DNA from: Methylorubrum extorquens
Lineage (GTDB): Bacteria; Pseudomonadota; Alphaproteobacteria; Rhizobiales; Beijerinckiaceae
Direction of reading: 5' to 3'
Assembly: GCA_900234795.1 (NCBI GenBank)
Contig: LT962688.1
Location: 2,190,001-2,222,000 of the forward strand
Length of the DNA: 32,000 nucleotides
Below, piece by piece: positions 9,917 to 18,690 of the stretch. Positions within the stretch are counted from its first letter, which is position 1; each line of letters begins with the position of its first letter. The notes beneath the pieces were generated by a model. It searched no databases. It had not been told where the DNA came from and saw nothing but the letters and a program-made list of their open reading frames with translations. The translations under genes were made by a program, and so were the position numbers.

Positions 9917-10587
9917 CCCCGCGTCACCCGCGCCACGATGGCCTCCCGCTCCCGGCGCGTCGCCGACAGCCGCTCGCGGGCGGCCGCGAGAATCTCTGGA
10001 CCCGCGGTTTCGGGGCGGCCGGCATCGAAGGGCGGGGCCGGAGCGTATTCCTGATGGAGCTGGATCGCCTTCGCGGTCGCCACGTCGGTGAGTTCGGCCG
10101 CGAGCGTCAGGCCGAAATCGATGCCTGCGGTCACGCCGCCACCGGTGATCAGGTTGCCGTCGCGCACCACGCGCCCCTCGGTCGGGATCGCCCCGAAGGC
10201 GGCGAGGAGATCGTGCGCCGCCCAGTGCGTGGTGGCCCGCTTGCCCCGCAGAAGTCCCGCCGCGCCGAGCACCAGGGCACCGGTGCAGACGGAGGTGACA
10301 AAGCGTGCGTTCGCCGCCTGACGGCGCAGGAAGTCGAGGGTCTCGGCATCCTCCATCAGCGGGTTCACCCCCGCGCCGCCGGGCACGCAGATCACGTCGA
10401 GAGCCGGGCATTCGGCGAAGGTGATTGTGGGCGTCAGCACGAGGCCGGTGGCGCTCGTGACCGGTTCCAGCGCCTTCGCGACGAGATGGACGCGGGCGCC
10501 CGGCACCATGGCCAGCACCTCGTAGGGGCCGGTCAGATCGAGCTGCTGCACCTTGGGGAAGACGAGGAATCCGATCTCGATCGTCAT
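9913..10587 (-). CDS. DJ-1/PfpI family protein (isonitrile hydratase/GATase1-like)
   Basis: Starts at ATG 10587 ([25 protein letters not shown]). Nucleophile-elbow Cys in [24 protein letters not shown] motif. Confidence 0.85.
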   Translation of the reverse strand: MTIEIGFLVFPKVQQLDLTGPYEVLAMVPGARVHLVAKALEPVTSATGLVLTPTITFAECPALDVICVPGGAGVNPLMEDAETLDFLRRQAANARFVTSVCTGALVLGAAGLLRGKRATTHWAAHDLLAAFGAIPTEGRVVRDGNLITGGGVTAGIDFGLTLAAELTDVATAKAIQLHQEYAPAPPFDAGRPETAGPEILAAARERLSATRREREAIVARVTRG

Positions 10588-10677
10588 GGTCTCGAAGCCT
10601 CGGCTCGGAAGAATCTGAAGCATCGTCCCGAAAGGTAGCCGCCGACTTTCGGAAAAAGACGGTGCAAAAACAAGAAC

Positions 10678-11829
10678 CTAGCGCAGATAGATCACGCTGT
10701 AGAGCGAGGCGCGCAGCTCGTCCTCGTCGAGCCAGACCCGGCCGAGGTCGCAGCGCTCGGCGATGCCCGGCCGCATCCGGGCGCAGTACTCGCCGGTATT
10801 GTCCTGCAGGTGGTACTGGCAGCGTCCGCCCGCCTTGCGCCGGGCGAGGATCGGGCTCGAATGGTCGGCGGCGATGTCCGGCTCCTTCGGCAAGCGCTCT
10901 TCCAGCACGTACCAGGAATAGCCCACCACCGGCAGGCGGCCCCGGTCGAGGGCGTAGTCGATCATCGCCATCAGCCGGTCGGTGCCGGCCTTGAGGCCGG
11001 GCTCGCTGCGCGCGGCCTTGTCCATGAAGTCGAGCTGGTTGTCGGCGATCGACTCCGAGACCGGGATCAGCGGCACCGGCAGAGGCTTGCGGCGGCAGCG
11101 CCGCTCGACATGGGCGATCCAGCCGGCGTTGAAGGCGTCGGTCGCCGGATCGCGCAGCCGCGGCACCGTCCCGCCGAGGCTGCGCCACGAGATTTTTGGG
11201 GCCGCGACGCGGCTGCGCCAGCGCAGGGCTCCAAAGGTGCGCGCGTGCTGGCCGTAGCCGTCGAAGGAGGGCAGGTCCAGGTCCGTGCACAGGCCGCCGA
11301 GGTTGTAGAGAAGGGTCGCCGCCTCCTCCTGCCCATCCTCCAGCTTGTCGAAATAGGGCTTGCGGCCGGGGTTGCGGTCGCGGCTCGCCTCGGTGTCGTT
11401 GCGGCTCTCGGCGATCTCCTCCGCGAGGTCGGGATGCCGGCGCAGGTAGTTCCGCAGGGCACGGTCCCGGCTGCGTTCGAGGCCGGCCGGGTCGGCAAAG
11501 TAGTAGCGGGTGGCGACGTCGAGCGCCGACACGGTGACCCCGACGCGCTGCGAGATCATGTCGGCGGTGGCGTAGGCAAAGCAGATCGCACTGTCGCCCT
11601 GGCTCATCGGCGACAGGGCCGGGTTGGGGCTGATCCGATCGTCGAGTGGATGCGTGCCGGGCCGGCGCGCCGGCGCCACGACGGTGACGTCGGCGCAGGT
11701 CGGGTTGCGTGCGTAGCGCGGGTTTTCGGGCAGCAGGCGCAGATCGACCGCCCCGGCGGGCGCTGCCGCGAGCACAAGGCCGACTGCGACACAGCGGGCG
11801 GCGTGGGCCGCCCCGGATGATGGCCTCAA
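10678..11829 (-). CDS. secreted hypothetical protein with papain-like Cys-peptidase motif order (Q-x5-C ... H ... N)
   Basis: C-terminal 383 codons of track ORF 10678..12102. Proposed TTG start at 11829 overlaps the SGNH stop (TTGA). Signal peptide MRPSSGAAHAARCVAVGLVLAAAPAGA. QGDSAICFAY resembles papain QGSCGSCWAF, then AADHSS and LQDNTGEYC follow in the papain order. High GC3 upstream of the internal ATG 11607 supports the long form. Confidence 0.5.
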   Translation of the reverse strand: MRPSSGAAHAARCVAVGLVLAAAPAGAVDLRLLPENPRYARNPTCADVTVVAPARRPGTHPLDDRISPNPALSPMSQGDSAICFAYATADMISQRVGVTVSALDVATRYYFADPAGLERSRDRALRNYLRRHPDLAEEIAESRNDTEASRDRNPGRKPYFDKLEDGQEEAATLLYNLGGLCTDLDLPSFDGYGQHARTFGALRWRSRVAAPKISWRSLGGTVPRLRDPATDAFNAGWIAHVERRCRRKPLPVPLIPVSESIADNQLDFMDKAARSEPGLKAGTDRLMAMIDYALDRGRLPVVGYSWYVLEERLPKEPDIAADHSSPILARRKAGGRCQYHLQDNTGEYCARMRPGIAERCDLGRVWLDEDELRASLYSVIYLR

Positions 11830-12686
11830 TCCGTCCCCGCCTCGGCGAGCGCGACCGGTGCCGCCTCGGCGCCGTCGAGCACCGTGTCCTGCGCCGCCTC
11901 GGCGAGCAGGGCGTAGCCGCCATCCGCCATGTGCAGGCCGTCGCTGGCGAACAATTCGGTGCGGGTCAGCCGCCCCTGCCCGATCCAGTCGCGCATCAGG
12001 TCGGAGCGGCGGATCACCGGGACGCCGAGATCGGCGCCGAGGGTGCGCACCGCGTCGCGAAACCGGTCGGCGCCGGGCGTGGCGTCGAGCGTCGGGCACC
12101 ATTGCGGCTCCATCAGAACCACGTCGATCCCCGCTGCGCGGATACGCTCCAGCGCCGCCTCGGTCGCCTCGCGGAAGTGATCGAGGGAGACGCCGCGCAG
12201 GGCGTCGTTGCTGCCGGTCTGCCAGATCACGAGATCGGGCCGGGGCGCGATCACGTCCCGGTCGAGCCGGGCCAGCATCTCGTCCACCGCCTCGCCGCCG
12301 ATGCCGCGGTTGGCGACCGTGATCTTGCTGCCGAGATGCGGCAGGGCGCGCCGCAGCCCGGCTTCGAGGCGGGCGGGATAGGCGGCGGCCGGCGTCGAGG
12401 CGCCGATGCCTTCCGTCGAGGAGGAGCCGAAGGCGACGATGCTCAGCGGCCCGCCCAGCGCGATCTTCTGGGCGACGTGGGGAAGGCCGGCCGGGGCCGC
12501 ATCCTCGAACAGGCCGAGATCGAGGTCGAAGCCGAGATCGAGGTGTTGCGGCAGCAGGTCGGCGTAGGCGAGCACCGCGGTCGAGGAGAGGGTGAGGGCC
12601 AGCATCAGCGCCGTCGCGCCGACAAGCCGCCGCGGACGTCCCGTCGGGACCATCCGCTTCCGAGCCTGAGGAAGAAGCCGTACCAC
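11826..12686 (-). CDS. secreted SGNH/GDSL-family hydrolase
   Basis: Signal peptide LVGATALMLALTLSSTAVLAYA. Block I VAFGSSSTEG, block II NRGIGGE, block III WQTGSNDA, block V SDGLHM. Start is GTG 12686 or ATG 12653. Confidence 0.8.
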   Translation of the reverse strand: MVRLLPQARKRMVPTGRPRRLVGATALMLALTLSSTAVLAYADLLPQHLDLGFDLDLGLFEDAAPAGLPHVAQKIALGGPLSIVAFGSSSTEGIGASTPAAAYPARLEAGLRRALPHLGSKITVANRGIGGEAVDEMLARLDRDVIAPRPDLVIWQTGSNDALRGVSLDHFREATEAALERIRAAGIDVVLMEPQWCPTLDATPGADRFRDAVRTLGADLGVPVIRRSDLMRDWIGQGRLTRTELFASDGLHMADGGYALLAEAAQDTVLDGAEAAPVALAEAGTD

Positions 12687-12976
12687 CGTTCGAGCCCCCG
12701 CCCGCGGGCCACCTCGACCGGGGGGCTTCGCGGAATGACTGATATCGACCCTTCTAACCGAACCGAGGCCGGATTACGGCCCAATAATCGTGATTCGCCA
12801 CAGCCGCAATGCGCAGTGTTTGATGGAGTCTTAAGGGCGAGACTCGGATCAAAGATTTGTCGGTCATGGACGCCGCCCGTTCGACGCCGGCATGAAGTTC
12901 GGGGGCCGCGATCGAGCGCGGTAACGGCGCCGTCCTGCCCCGGCGTCATGGGCCTTTCCTCGCCGGATCGGCCGCG

Positions 12977-14173
12977 TCACGCCCGCGAAACCAGGGAGAC
13001 CGTCCCACTGCCGTGCCGCTCGATCCGGCCGTCGAGTTCGAGTTCGAGCAGCGTCGTCTGCACGATCCGAACCGGTAGGCCGGTGGAGCGGGCCAGTTCG
13101 TCGGTTCCGACCGGAGTCGGGCTCAGGCATGCGATCAGCCGCGCGCGGTCGTCCCGGGGCTCGGGGGGGGAGCCTCGATCGGCTCCGCCGCGGCGGGAAG
13201 CAGCGGCGGCGCGATCTCGGCTCGTCCGTCGAAATCGATCTCGTCCCAGTAATCGGGCGTGCGCCAAGTCTCGGAGCGGTCGTTCAGGCCGTCCGCCTGC
13301 GGCACGTCGCCGGCGATCAGCGGATCGAGCACCGACAGGACGTGCTCGACCTCCGAGACCAGCGTCGCGCCCTGGCGGATCAGGTCGTTGGTGCCCTCCG
13401 CCCGCGGATCGAGCGGCGAGCCGGGCACCGCGAAGACCTCCCGGCCCTGCTCCAGCGCGAAGCGGGCGGTGATGAGCGAGCCGGAGCGGCGCGCGGCCTC
13501 CACGATGACGGTGCCGAGGCTGAGGCCGGAGATGATGCGGTTGCGGCGGGGAAAGTCGCGCCCGCGCGGCACCCAGCCCATCGGCATCTCGGCGACCACC
13601 GCCCCACCCGCCCCGACGATCTCCTCGACGAGGCCGGCATGGTTCTCCGGATAGATCCGGTCCTGCCCACCCGCGAGGACCGCGACGGTGCCGGTGGTGA
13701 GCGTCGCCCTGTGGGCGCGGGCGTCGATCCCCCCGGGCGAGCCCCGAGACCACGACGAGACCGGCTTCGCCGAAGCCGCGGGCGAGCCGCTCGGTGAAGG
13801 CGAGGCCGGCGGTCGAGGCGTTGCGCGAGCCGACGATGGCCACCGAAGGCTTGAGAAGCGTGGCCGGATCGCCGCGAACGGCGATCAGCGGTGGCGCGGT
13901 GTCGGTGGCGTGCAGCGCCTTCGGGTAGGCCGCCTCGCCCATGGCGAGAAAGCGGATGCCGAGGCGGGCAGCGGCGGCCATCTCGCGCTCGGCCTCGGCC
14001 GTCGTGGGCGGTACGGCGCGTTTGCCCGCCCGCTTCGTCAGGTCCGGCAGGGCATCGAGCGCGGCCGACGCGCTGCCGAAGCGGTTGATCAGGCCGCGGA
14101 ATGTGCGCGGGCCGATGCCGTCGGTGCGGATCAGGCGCAGCCAATCGAGGCGTTGCGCATCGGTGAGCTGCAT
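12977..14173 (-). pseudogene. dprA: DNA-processing protein DprA, conserved core displaced by two opposite frameshifts at homopolymer runs (true pseudogene or sequencing error)
   Basis: ATG 14173 follows GGAGGGGG. The N-terminus (MQLTDAQRLDWLRLIRTDGIGPRTF ... VVVSGLARG) and the C-terminal winged helix ([43 protein letters not shown]) share one frame. The Rossmann core (IDARAH...[58 protein letters not shown]) is in another frame. The switches are at C6 (13729-13734) and G8 (13163-13170). Confidence 0.85.
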
Positions 14174-14204
14174 CGGTCCCCCTCCGTCCGGGAGGGGGCG
14201 GCGC

Positions 14205-14813
14205 TCACCCCTTCTTCCCGATCCGCCCCTCGGTGCCGGCGGCGAGTCGGCGGATGTTGGGCGCGTGCTTCCACCATAGCAAAGCTGCGAGCACGAGGAA
14301 GAGCGCTGCAACCGCTCCGTGTCCCAGCGCCCACAGGATGAGGGGCGTGGCGGCCGACGCCGCAAGCGCGGCGAGCGAGGAGTATTTCAGGGCAAAGGCG
14401 AGCCCGAGCCAGATCGCGGCGAAAGCGGCCAGCGTCACTGGGCTTAGCGCCAGCAACACGCCGATGAAGGTCGCCACGCCCTTGCCGCCCTTGAAGCCGA
14501 GCCAGACCGGGAACAGGTGGCCGAGGAAGGCGCCGAGCCCGGCGGCGAGCGCCGGCCCCTCGCCCCAGTGGCTCGCTGCGAGCACCGGCAGCGTGCCCTT
14601 GAGCGCGTCGCAGAGCAGCGTCGCGGCAGCCAGGCCTTTGCGGCCGGTGCGCAGCACGTTGGTCGCGCCGATATTGCCCGAGCCGATCGCCCGCACGTCG
14701 CCGAGACCGGCGAACTTCGTGAGGATCAGCCCGAAGGGGATCGCGCCGCAGGCATAGCCGAGGACGAGAGCCGCGATGAGGACCGGCCAGCCGGCCGCGA
14801 GAAGCGTGGTCAT
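14205..14813 (-). CDS. plsY: glycerol-3-phosphate acyltransferase (acyl-phosphate dependent)
   Basis: 202 aa. [15 protein letters not shown] and [16 protein letters not shown] are PlsY signatures. ATGA overlap with the upstream gene. Confidence 0.95.
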   Translation of the reverse strand: MTTLLAAGWPVLIAALVLGYACGAIPFGLILTKFAGLGDVRAIGSGNIGATNVLRTGRKGLAAATLLCDALKGTLPVLAASHWGEGPALAAGLGAFLGHLFPVWLGFKGGKGVATFIGVLLALSPVTLAAFAAIWLGLAFALKYSSLAALAASAATPLILWALGHGAVAALFLVLAALLWWKHAPNIRRLAAGTEGRIGKKG

Positions 14814-16123
14814 GCGGCCAGGGCCGAGAGGTCGGAGCGGTGGACGATGCGGCCGCCGACCAGCGTCAGCACCGCGGCGCCCTGGAGCCGGGCCTCGTCG
14901 AAGGGCGAGTTCTTGGAGCGCGACTTCAGCTGCCGCTTGTCGAGCAGGTAGGGCAGATCGGGGTCGATCAGCACGAGGTCGGCGGGCGCGCCCTTCTCCA
15001 GGCGCCCCGCCTCGCGGCCGAGCAGCGTGGCCGGGTTAGCCGAGAGGGCCTTCAGCAGCGTTCCTAGCGTCACGTCGCCGGTATGGAGCAGGCGAAGGCT
15101 CGCGCCGAGCAGGGTCTCGATGCCGAGTGCGCCGTCCGCGGCTTCGGCGAAGGGCAGGCGCTTGGTCTCGACGTCCTGCGGGTTGTGGTCGGAGACGATG
15201 ACGTCGATCACGCCTTCGTTCAGTGCGGCGATCACCGCCTGCCGGTCGTCCTCGCGGCGCAAGGGCGGCGAGAGCTTGCAGAAGGTGCGGTAGTGGCCGA
15301 TGTCACCCTCGTTGAGCACGAGGTTGTTGACCGAGACGCCGCAAGTGACGGGCAGTCCCGCCTCCTTGGCCCGCCGGACGATGTCGACGGAATCGGCACA
15401 GGAGATCATCGCCGCGTGGTAGCGCGCGCCGGTGAGGCGCACGAGGCGGATGTCGCGCTCCAGCATCACCGTCTCGGCCTCGCGGGGGATGCCGATCAGG
15501 CCGAGGCGGGAGGCCATCTCGCCCTCGTTCATCACGCCTTCGCCGACGAGGTCCGGCTCCTCGACATGCTGCATCAGCAGCGCGCCGAAATCGCGGGCGT
15601 AGGTCAGCGCGCGGCGCATCACCTGCGCGTTGGTGACGGCTTTCAGCCCATCGGTGAAGGCGACCGCGCCGGCTTCCGCCAGCAGGCCGAACTCGGTCAT
15701 CTCCCGGCCGGCCAAACCCTTGGTGATGGCGGCGGCCGGCAGGACGTTGACGCTCGCGGTGTCGCGGGCGCGGCGCAGCACGAAATCGACGATGGCCGGT
15801 CCGTCGATGACGGGGTTGGTGTCGGGCATGCAGACTAGGGTCGTCACGCCGCCGGCCGCCGCGGCAGCGCTCGCCGAGGCCAGGGTCTCGCGGTGCTCGG
15901 CGCCCGGCTCGCCGACGAAGGCGCGCAGGTCGATCAGGCCCGGCGCGAGGGTGAGACCCCCGCAATCGATCTTTTGGGCGCCCTCCGGTGCGTCGGGTGC
16001 GGCACCCCATGCGATGTCGGCGATGCGGCCGTCGCGCACGAGCACGGCACCGGGACCCTCGCGGCCGCTGGCCGGATCGAGGAGATGGACGTTGGAGAGG
16101 ACGAGCGCGCTCATGAGTGTCAC
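14810..16123 (-). CDS. pyrC: dihydroorotase-like protein, probably the non-catalytic PyrC' partner of aspartate carbamoyltransferase
   Basis: 437-aa amidohydrolase fold, ATGA-coupled to pyrB. The expected class I metal-ligand motifs look substituted: [10 protein letters not shown] instead of D-x-HVH-x-REPG, AFTDGL instead of AFSDDG, YHAAMIS, and SDHNPQ instead of DHAPH. Confidence 0.85.
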   Translation of the reverse strand: MTLMSALVLSNVHLLDPASGREGPGAVLVRDGRIADIAWGAAPDAPEGAQKIDCGGLTLAPGLIDLRAFVGEPGAEHRETLASASAAAAAGGVTTLVCMPDTNPVIDGPAIVDFVLRRARDTASVNVLPAAAITKGLAGREMTEFGLLAEAGAVAFTDGLKAVTNAQVMRRALTYARDFGALLMQHVEEPDLVGEGVMNEGEMASRLGLIGIPREAETVMLERDIRLVRLTGARYHAAMISCADSVDIVRRAKEAGLPVTCGVSVNNLVLNEGDIGHYRTFCKLSPPLRREDDRQAVIAALNEGVIDVIVSDHNPQDVETKRLPFAEAADGALGIETLLGASLRLLHTGDVTLGTLLKALSANPATLLGREAGRLEKGAPADLVLIDPDLPYLLDKRQLKSRSKNSPFDEARLQGAAVLTLVGGRIVHRSDLSALAA

Positions 16124-17067
16124 CCGTTCGGCAAGTGGGTCGCCAGCGCTTCCAGCACGGCCATGCGCACGGCGACGCCCATCTCGACCTGCTCGCGGAT
16201 CAGCGACTGCGTCCCGTCGGCGATGTCGGAGGCGATCTCGACGCCGCGGTTCATCGGACCCGGATGCATCACCAGCGCGCCGGGCTTGGCCAGCGCCAGC
16301 TTGTCGCCGTCGAGGCCGTAATAGCGGAAATACTCCTTCACGCTCGGCACGAAGGAGCCGTTCATCCGCTCACGCTGGAGGCGCAGCATCATCACGATGT
16401 CGCAGCCTTTCAGCCCCGCGCGCATGTCGGTGAACACCTCGACCCCGAAGCGCTCAATGCCGGTGGGCAGCAGCGTCGAGGGGCCGATCACCCGCACCCG
16501 GGCGCCCAGCGCCTGGAGCAGGATGATGTTGGAGCGCGCCACCCGCGAATGCAGGACGTCGCCGCAAATCGCGATCTGAAGCCCCTCGATGCCGCCCTTG
16601 TTGCGGCGGATGGTGAGCGCATCGAGCAGCGCCTGGGTCGGGTGCTCGTGAGCGCCGTCGCCGGCGTTCACCACGGCGCAATCGACCTTGCGGGCGAGCA
16701 GATGCACCGCGCCCGCCGCGTGGTGGCGCACCACGATGATATCGGGCCGCATGGCGTTGAGCGTCGCGGCCGTGTCGATCAGCGTCTCGCCCTTCTTCAC
16801 CGAGGACGAGGCGACCGACATGTTCATCACGTCGGCGCCGAGGCGCTTGCCCGCGAGTTCGAACGAGGATTGCGTGCGGGTCGAGGGCTCGAAGAACAGG
16901 TTGATCTGCGTGCGGCCCCGCAGGACGGTGCGCTTCTTCTCGACCTGCCGCGACAGGGCGACGGCGGCGTCGGCGCGCTCCAGGAGCGCTTCGATGTCCG
17001 GCCGGCTCAGGCCTTCGATGCCGAGCAGGTGCCGGTGCGGGAAGGCGGGTGCGGTCTGAGCGGTCAT
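16120..17067 (-). CDS. pyrB: aspartate carbamoyltransferase catalytic subunit
   Basis: 315 aa from ATG 17067 ([29 protein letters not shown]). [13 protein letters not shown] carbamoyl-phosphate motif. HPGPMNRG near the C-terminus. Confidence 0.95.
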   Translation of the reverse strand: MTAQTAPAFPHRHLLGIEGLSRPDIEALLERADAAVALSRQVEKKRTVLRGRTQINLFFEPSTRTQSSFELAGKRLGADVMNMSVASSSVKKGETLIDTAATLNAMRPDIIVVRHHAAGAVHLLARKVDCAVVNAGDGAHEHPTQALLDALTIRRNKGGIEGLQIAICGDVLHSRVARSNIILLQALGARVRVIGPSTLLPTGIERFGVEVFTDMRAGLKGCDIVMMLRLQRERMNGSFVPSVKEYFRYYGLDGDKLALAKPGALVMHPGPMNRGVEIASDIADGTQSLIREQVEMGVAVRMAVLEALATHLPNG

Positions 17068-17341
17068 GCGGCGGTTCTGGCGTCGGCTCCGCGCTATAGG
17101 TGTCCGGGAGGGACCCGGCAAGGCGCAGGCGTGTCCGGTTGGCTGGCGCGACCGGCGCCGCGAGGAAAAATGGTCTCTCTCGGTCGCGGCTGAGAGATTT
17201 TCTTGATCATCGCGAGCCTGTGATCGAGAAAAATTTGAACGATCCGGCCTCGCTTCCGTTTTTCCAACATCTGTTGGGGTTTGCGCGCGACGAATGCCTG
17301 TCCCGGTATTCGCTGGCCGACCCGGAAACGAAGGGTAGCTC

Positions 17342-17653
17342 ATGAATACGCGACTTCTCCTGACCGCCGGTGCGCTCTCGCTCGGCCTCGCCCTCTCGTC
17401 CGGCGCCTACGCTCAGGGCATGCAGCGGGGCGGCATGGAGCCCGGCATGGGCGGCCAGCCCGGCGGGCAAATGGGTGGCCAGATGGGCGGCCAAATGCAG
17501 CAGGGCGCCATGGGCGACGACATGGGCCAGGAGCAGCGCCCGATGAAGCGCAGCTCCAAGAAGATGAAAAAGCCGATGAAGAACAAGAAGATGATGCGCT
17601 CGAAGCGCATGAATTCCGGCTCCGGCATGGAGTCCGGCGCGGGCGGGATGTAA
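17342..17653 (+). CDS. secreted methionine-rich low-complexity mini-protein (Gly/Gln/Met half plus Lys/Met half)
   Basis: RBS AAGGGTAG lies before the ATG. Sec signal [26 protein letters not shown]. 16 Met in the 79-aa mature part. GGQM x3. Codon usage is good, and a strong intrinsic terminator follows. Confidence 0.65.
   Translation: MNTRLLLTAGALSLGLALSSGAYAQGMQRGGMEPGMGGQPGGQMGGQMGGQMQQGAMGDDMGQEQRPMKRSSKKMKKPMKNKKMMRSKRMNSGSGMESGAGGM
17462..17497 (+). repeat. three tandem in-frame 12-nt units encoding GGQM
   Basis: ggcgggcaaatg / ggtggccagatg / ggcggccaaatg. The units differ only at synonymous third positions. Confidence 0.9.
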
Positions 17654-17701
17654 TCCACCCGTCACCCGACTGTGACCGGATCGCCATCTAGGCGATCCTC
17701 G

Positions 17702-17731
17702 GCCCGCCCGGTTAAACCGGGCGGGCTTTTT
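17702..17731 (+). terminator. rho-independent terminator of the Met-rich gene
   Basis: GCCCGCCCGG-TTAAA-CCGGGCGGGC: perfect 10-bp stem followed by TTTTT. Preceded by a second hairpin, GGATCGCC-ATCTA-GGCGATCC (17678-17698). Confidence 0.75.
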
Positions 17732-17817
17732 CGTGTCGAACCAAACCTTCCGAGTCTTCCCGCGCCGAACAGTCCATCCCCCCGGCGCGGGTTGCTGCAA
17801 CAGGGAACAGCCGCGCC

Positions 17818-18690
17818 GTGGCCGCAGGATCGACGCTCTCGGGGCCGGACATCGTCGAGACGGTGCGGCGGCGCTGGATGTTTCGCCATCCGCTGGTGAT
17901 CCGGCTGGCGCACTGGCTCAACGTGGTCTGCCTCGCCATCCTGCTGATGAGCGGGTTGCAGATCTTCAACGCCCATCCGGCGCTGTACTGGGGCGCGGCC
18001 TCGACCTTCGATAAGCCGTTCGTCGCCATCACCGACGACCAGCGGGACGACGGCACGCCGCGCGGCATCGTCTTTGTGGCCGGCCACACCTTCGACACGA
18101 CGGGGGTGCTCGGCCTGTCGAACCTCAACGGCCAGCAGGCGGGGCGCGCCTTCCCCGCCTGGGCGACCCTGCCGGCGCATCAGGATCTCGCCACCGGGCG
18201 GCGCTGGCACTTCCTGTTCGCCTGGGCTTTCGTCATCAACGGGCTGATCTACCTCCTCTACGGGATCGGGACGGGCCAGCTACGGCGGCGCCTCGTGCCT
18301 GACGGCGACCAGCTGCGCGGGTTCGGCTCCTCGATCCGCGAGCACCTGACCCTGCACTTTCCGGAAGGGGACGAGGCCAAGCGCTACAACGTGCTGCAGA
18401 AGCTCTCCTACCTCGTCGTGGTGGCGGTGCTGCTGCCGCTGATGGTGCTCACCGGGCTCGCCATGTCTCCTGGCGTCAACGCGGTGGTGCCCCTGCCCGA
18501 CCTTTTCGGCGGCCGGCAATCGGCCCGCACGATCCACTTCATCGTCACGAACCTGCTGGTGCTGTTCGTGATCATCCACGTCCTGCTCGTGCTGCTCTCC
18601 GGCGTGGTCAACAACATGCGCAGCATGATCACCGGCTGGTTCGTGATCGAGCGCCAGAAACTTCCCGCCGGCCCGGGAGAGCCCCCATGA
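17818..18690 (+). CDS. membrane b-type cytochrome subunit (cytochrome b561 / PhsC / Ni-Fe hydrogenase cytochrome b-like)
   Basis: HPLVIRLAHWLNVVCLAILLMSGLQIF, WHFLFAWAFVINGLIYL and IHFIVTNLLVLFVIIHVLLV are His-bearing TM helices. Start is GTG 17818 or ATG 17878. The stop overlaps the next gene (ATGA). Confidence 0.8.
   Translation: MAAGSTLSGPDIVETVRRRWMFRHPLVIRLAHWLNVVCLAILLMSGLQIFNAHPALYWGAASTFDKPFVAITDDQRDDGTPRGIVFVAGHTFDTTGVLGLSNLNGQQAGRAFPAWATLPAHQDLATGRRWHFLFAWAFVINGLIYLLYGIGTGQLRRRLVPDGDQLRGFGSSIREHLTLHFPEGDEAKRYNVLQKLSYLVVVAVLLPLMVLTGLAMSPGVNAVVPLPDLFGGRQSARTIHFIVTNLLVLFVIIHVLLVLLSGVVNNMRSMITGWFVIERQKLPAGPGEPP

Noticed and set aside
10630-10665. Hairpin CCGAAAG-N11-CTTTCGG next to an A/T run, downstream of the peptidase gene.
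   Set aside because: On the strand where a terminator is needed (minus), the T-run precedes the stem rather than following it.
12687-12976. 290-bp lower-GC intergenic region between dprA and the SGNH gene; considered as a possible sRNA or small ORF.
   Set aside because: There are only weak 5-bp hairpins, no terminator with a U-tract and no convincing ORF. It is most simply the promoter region of the SGNH/peptidase operon.
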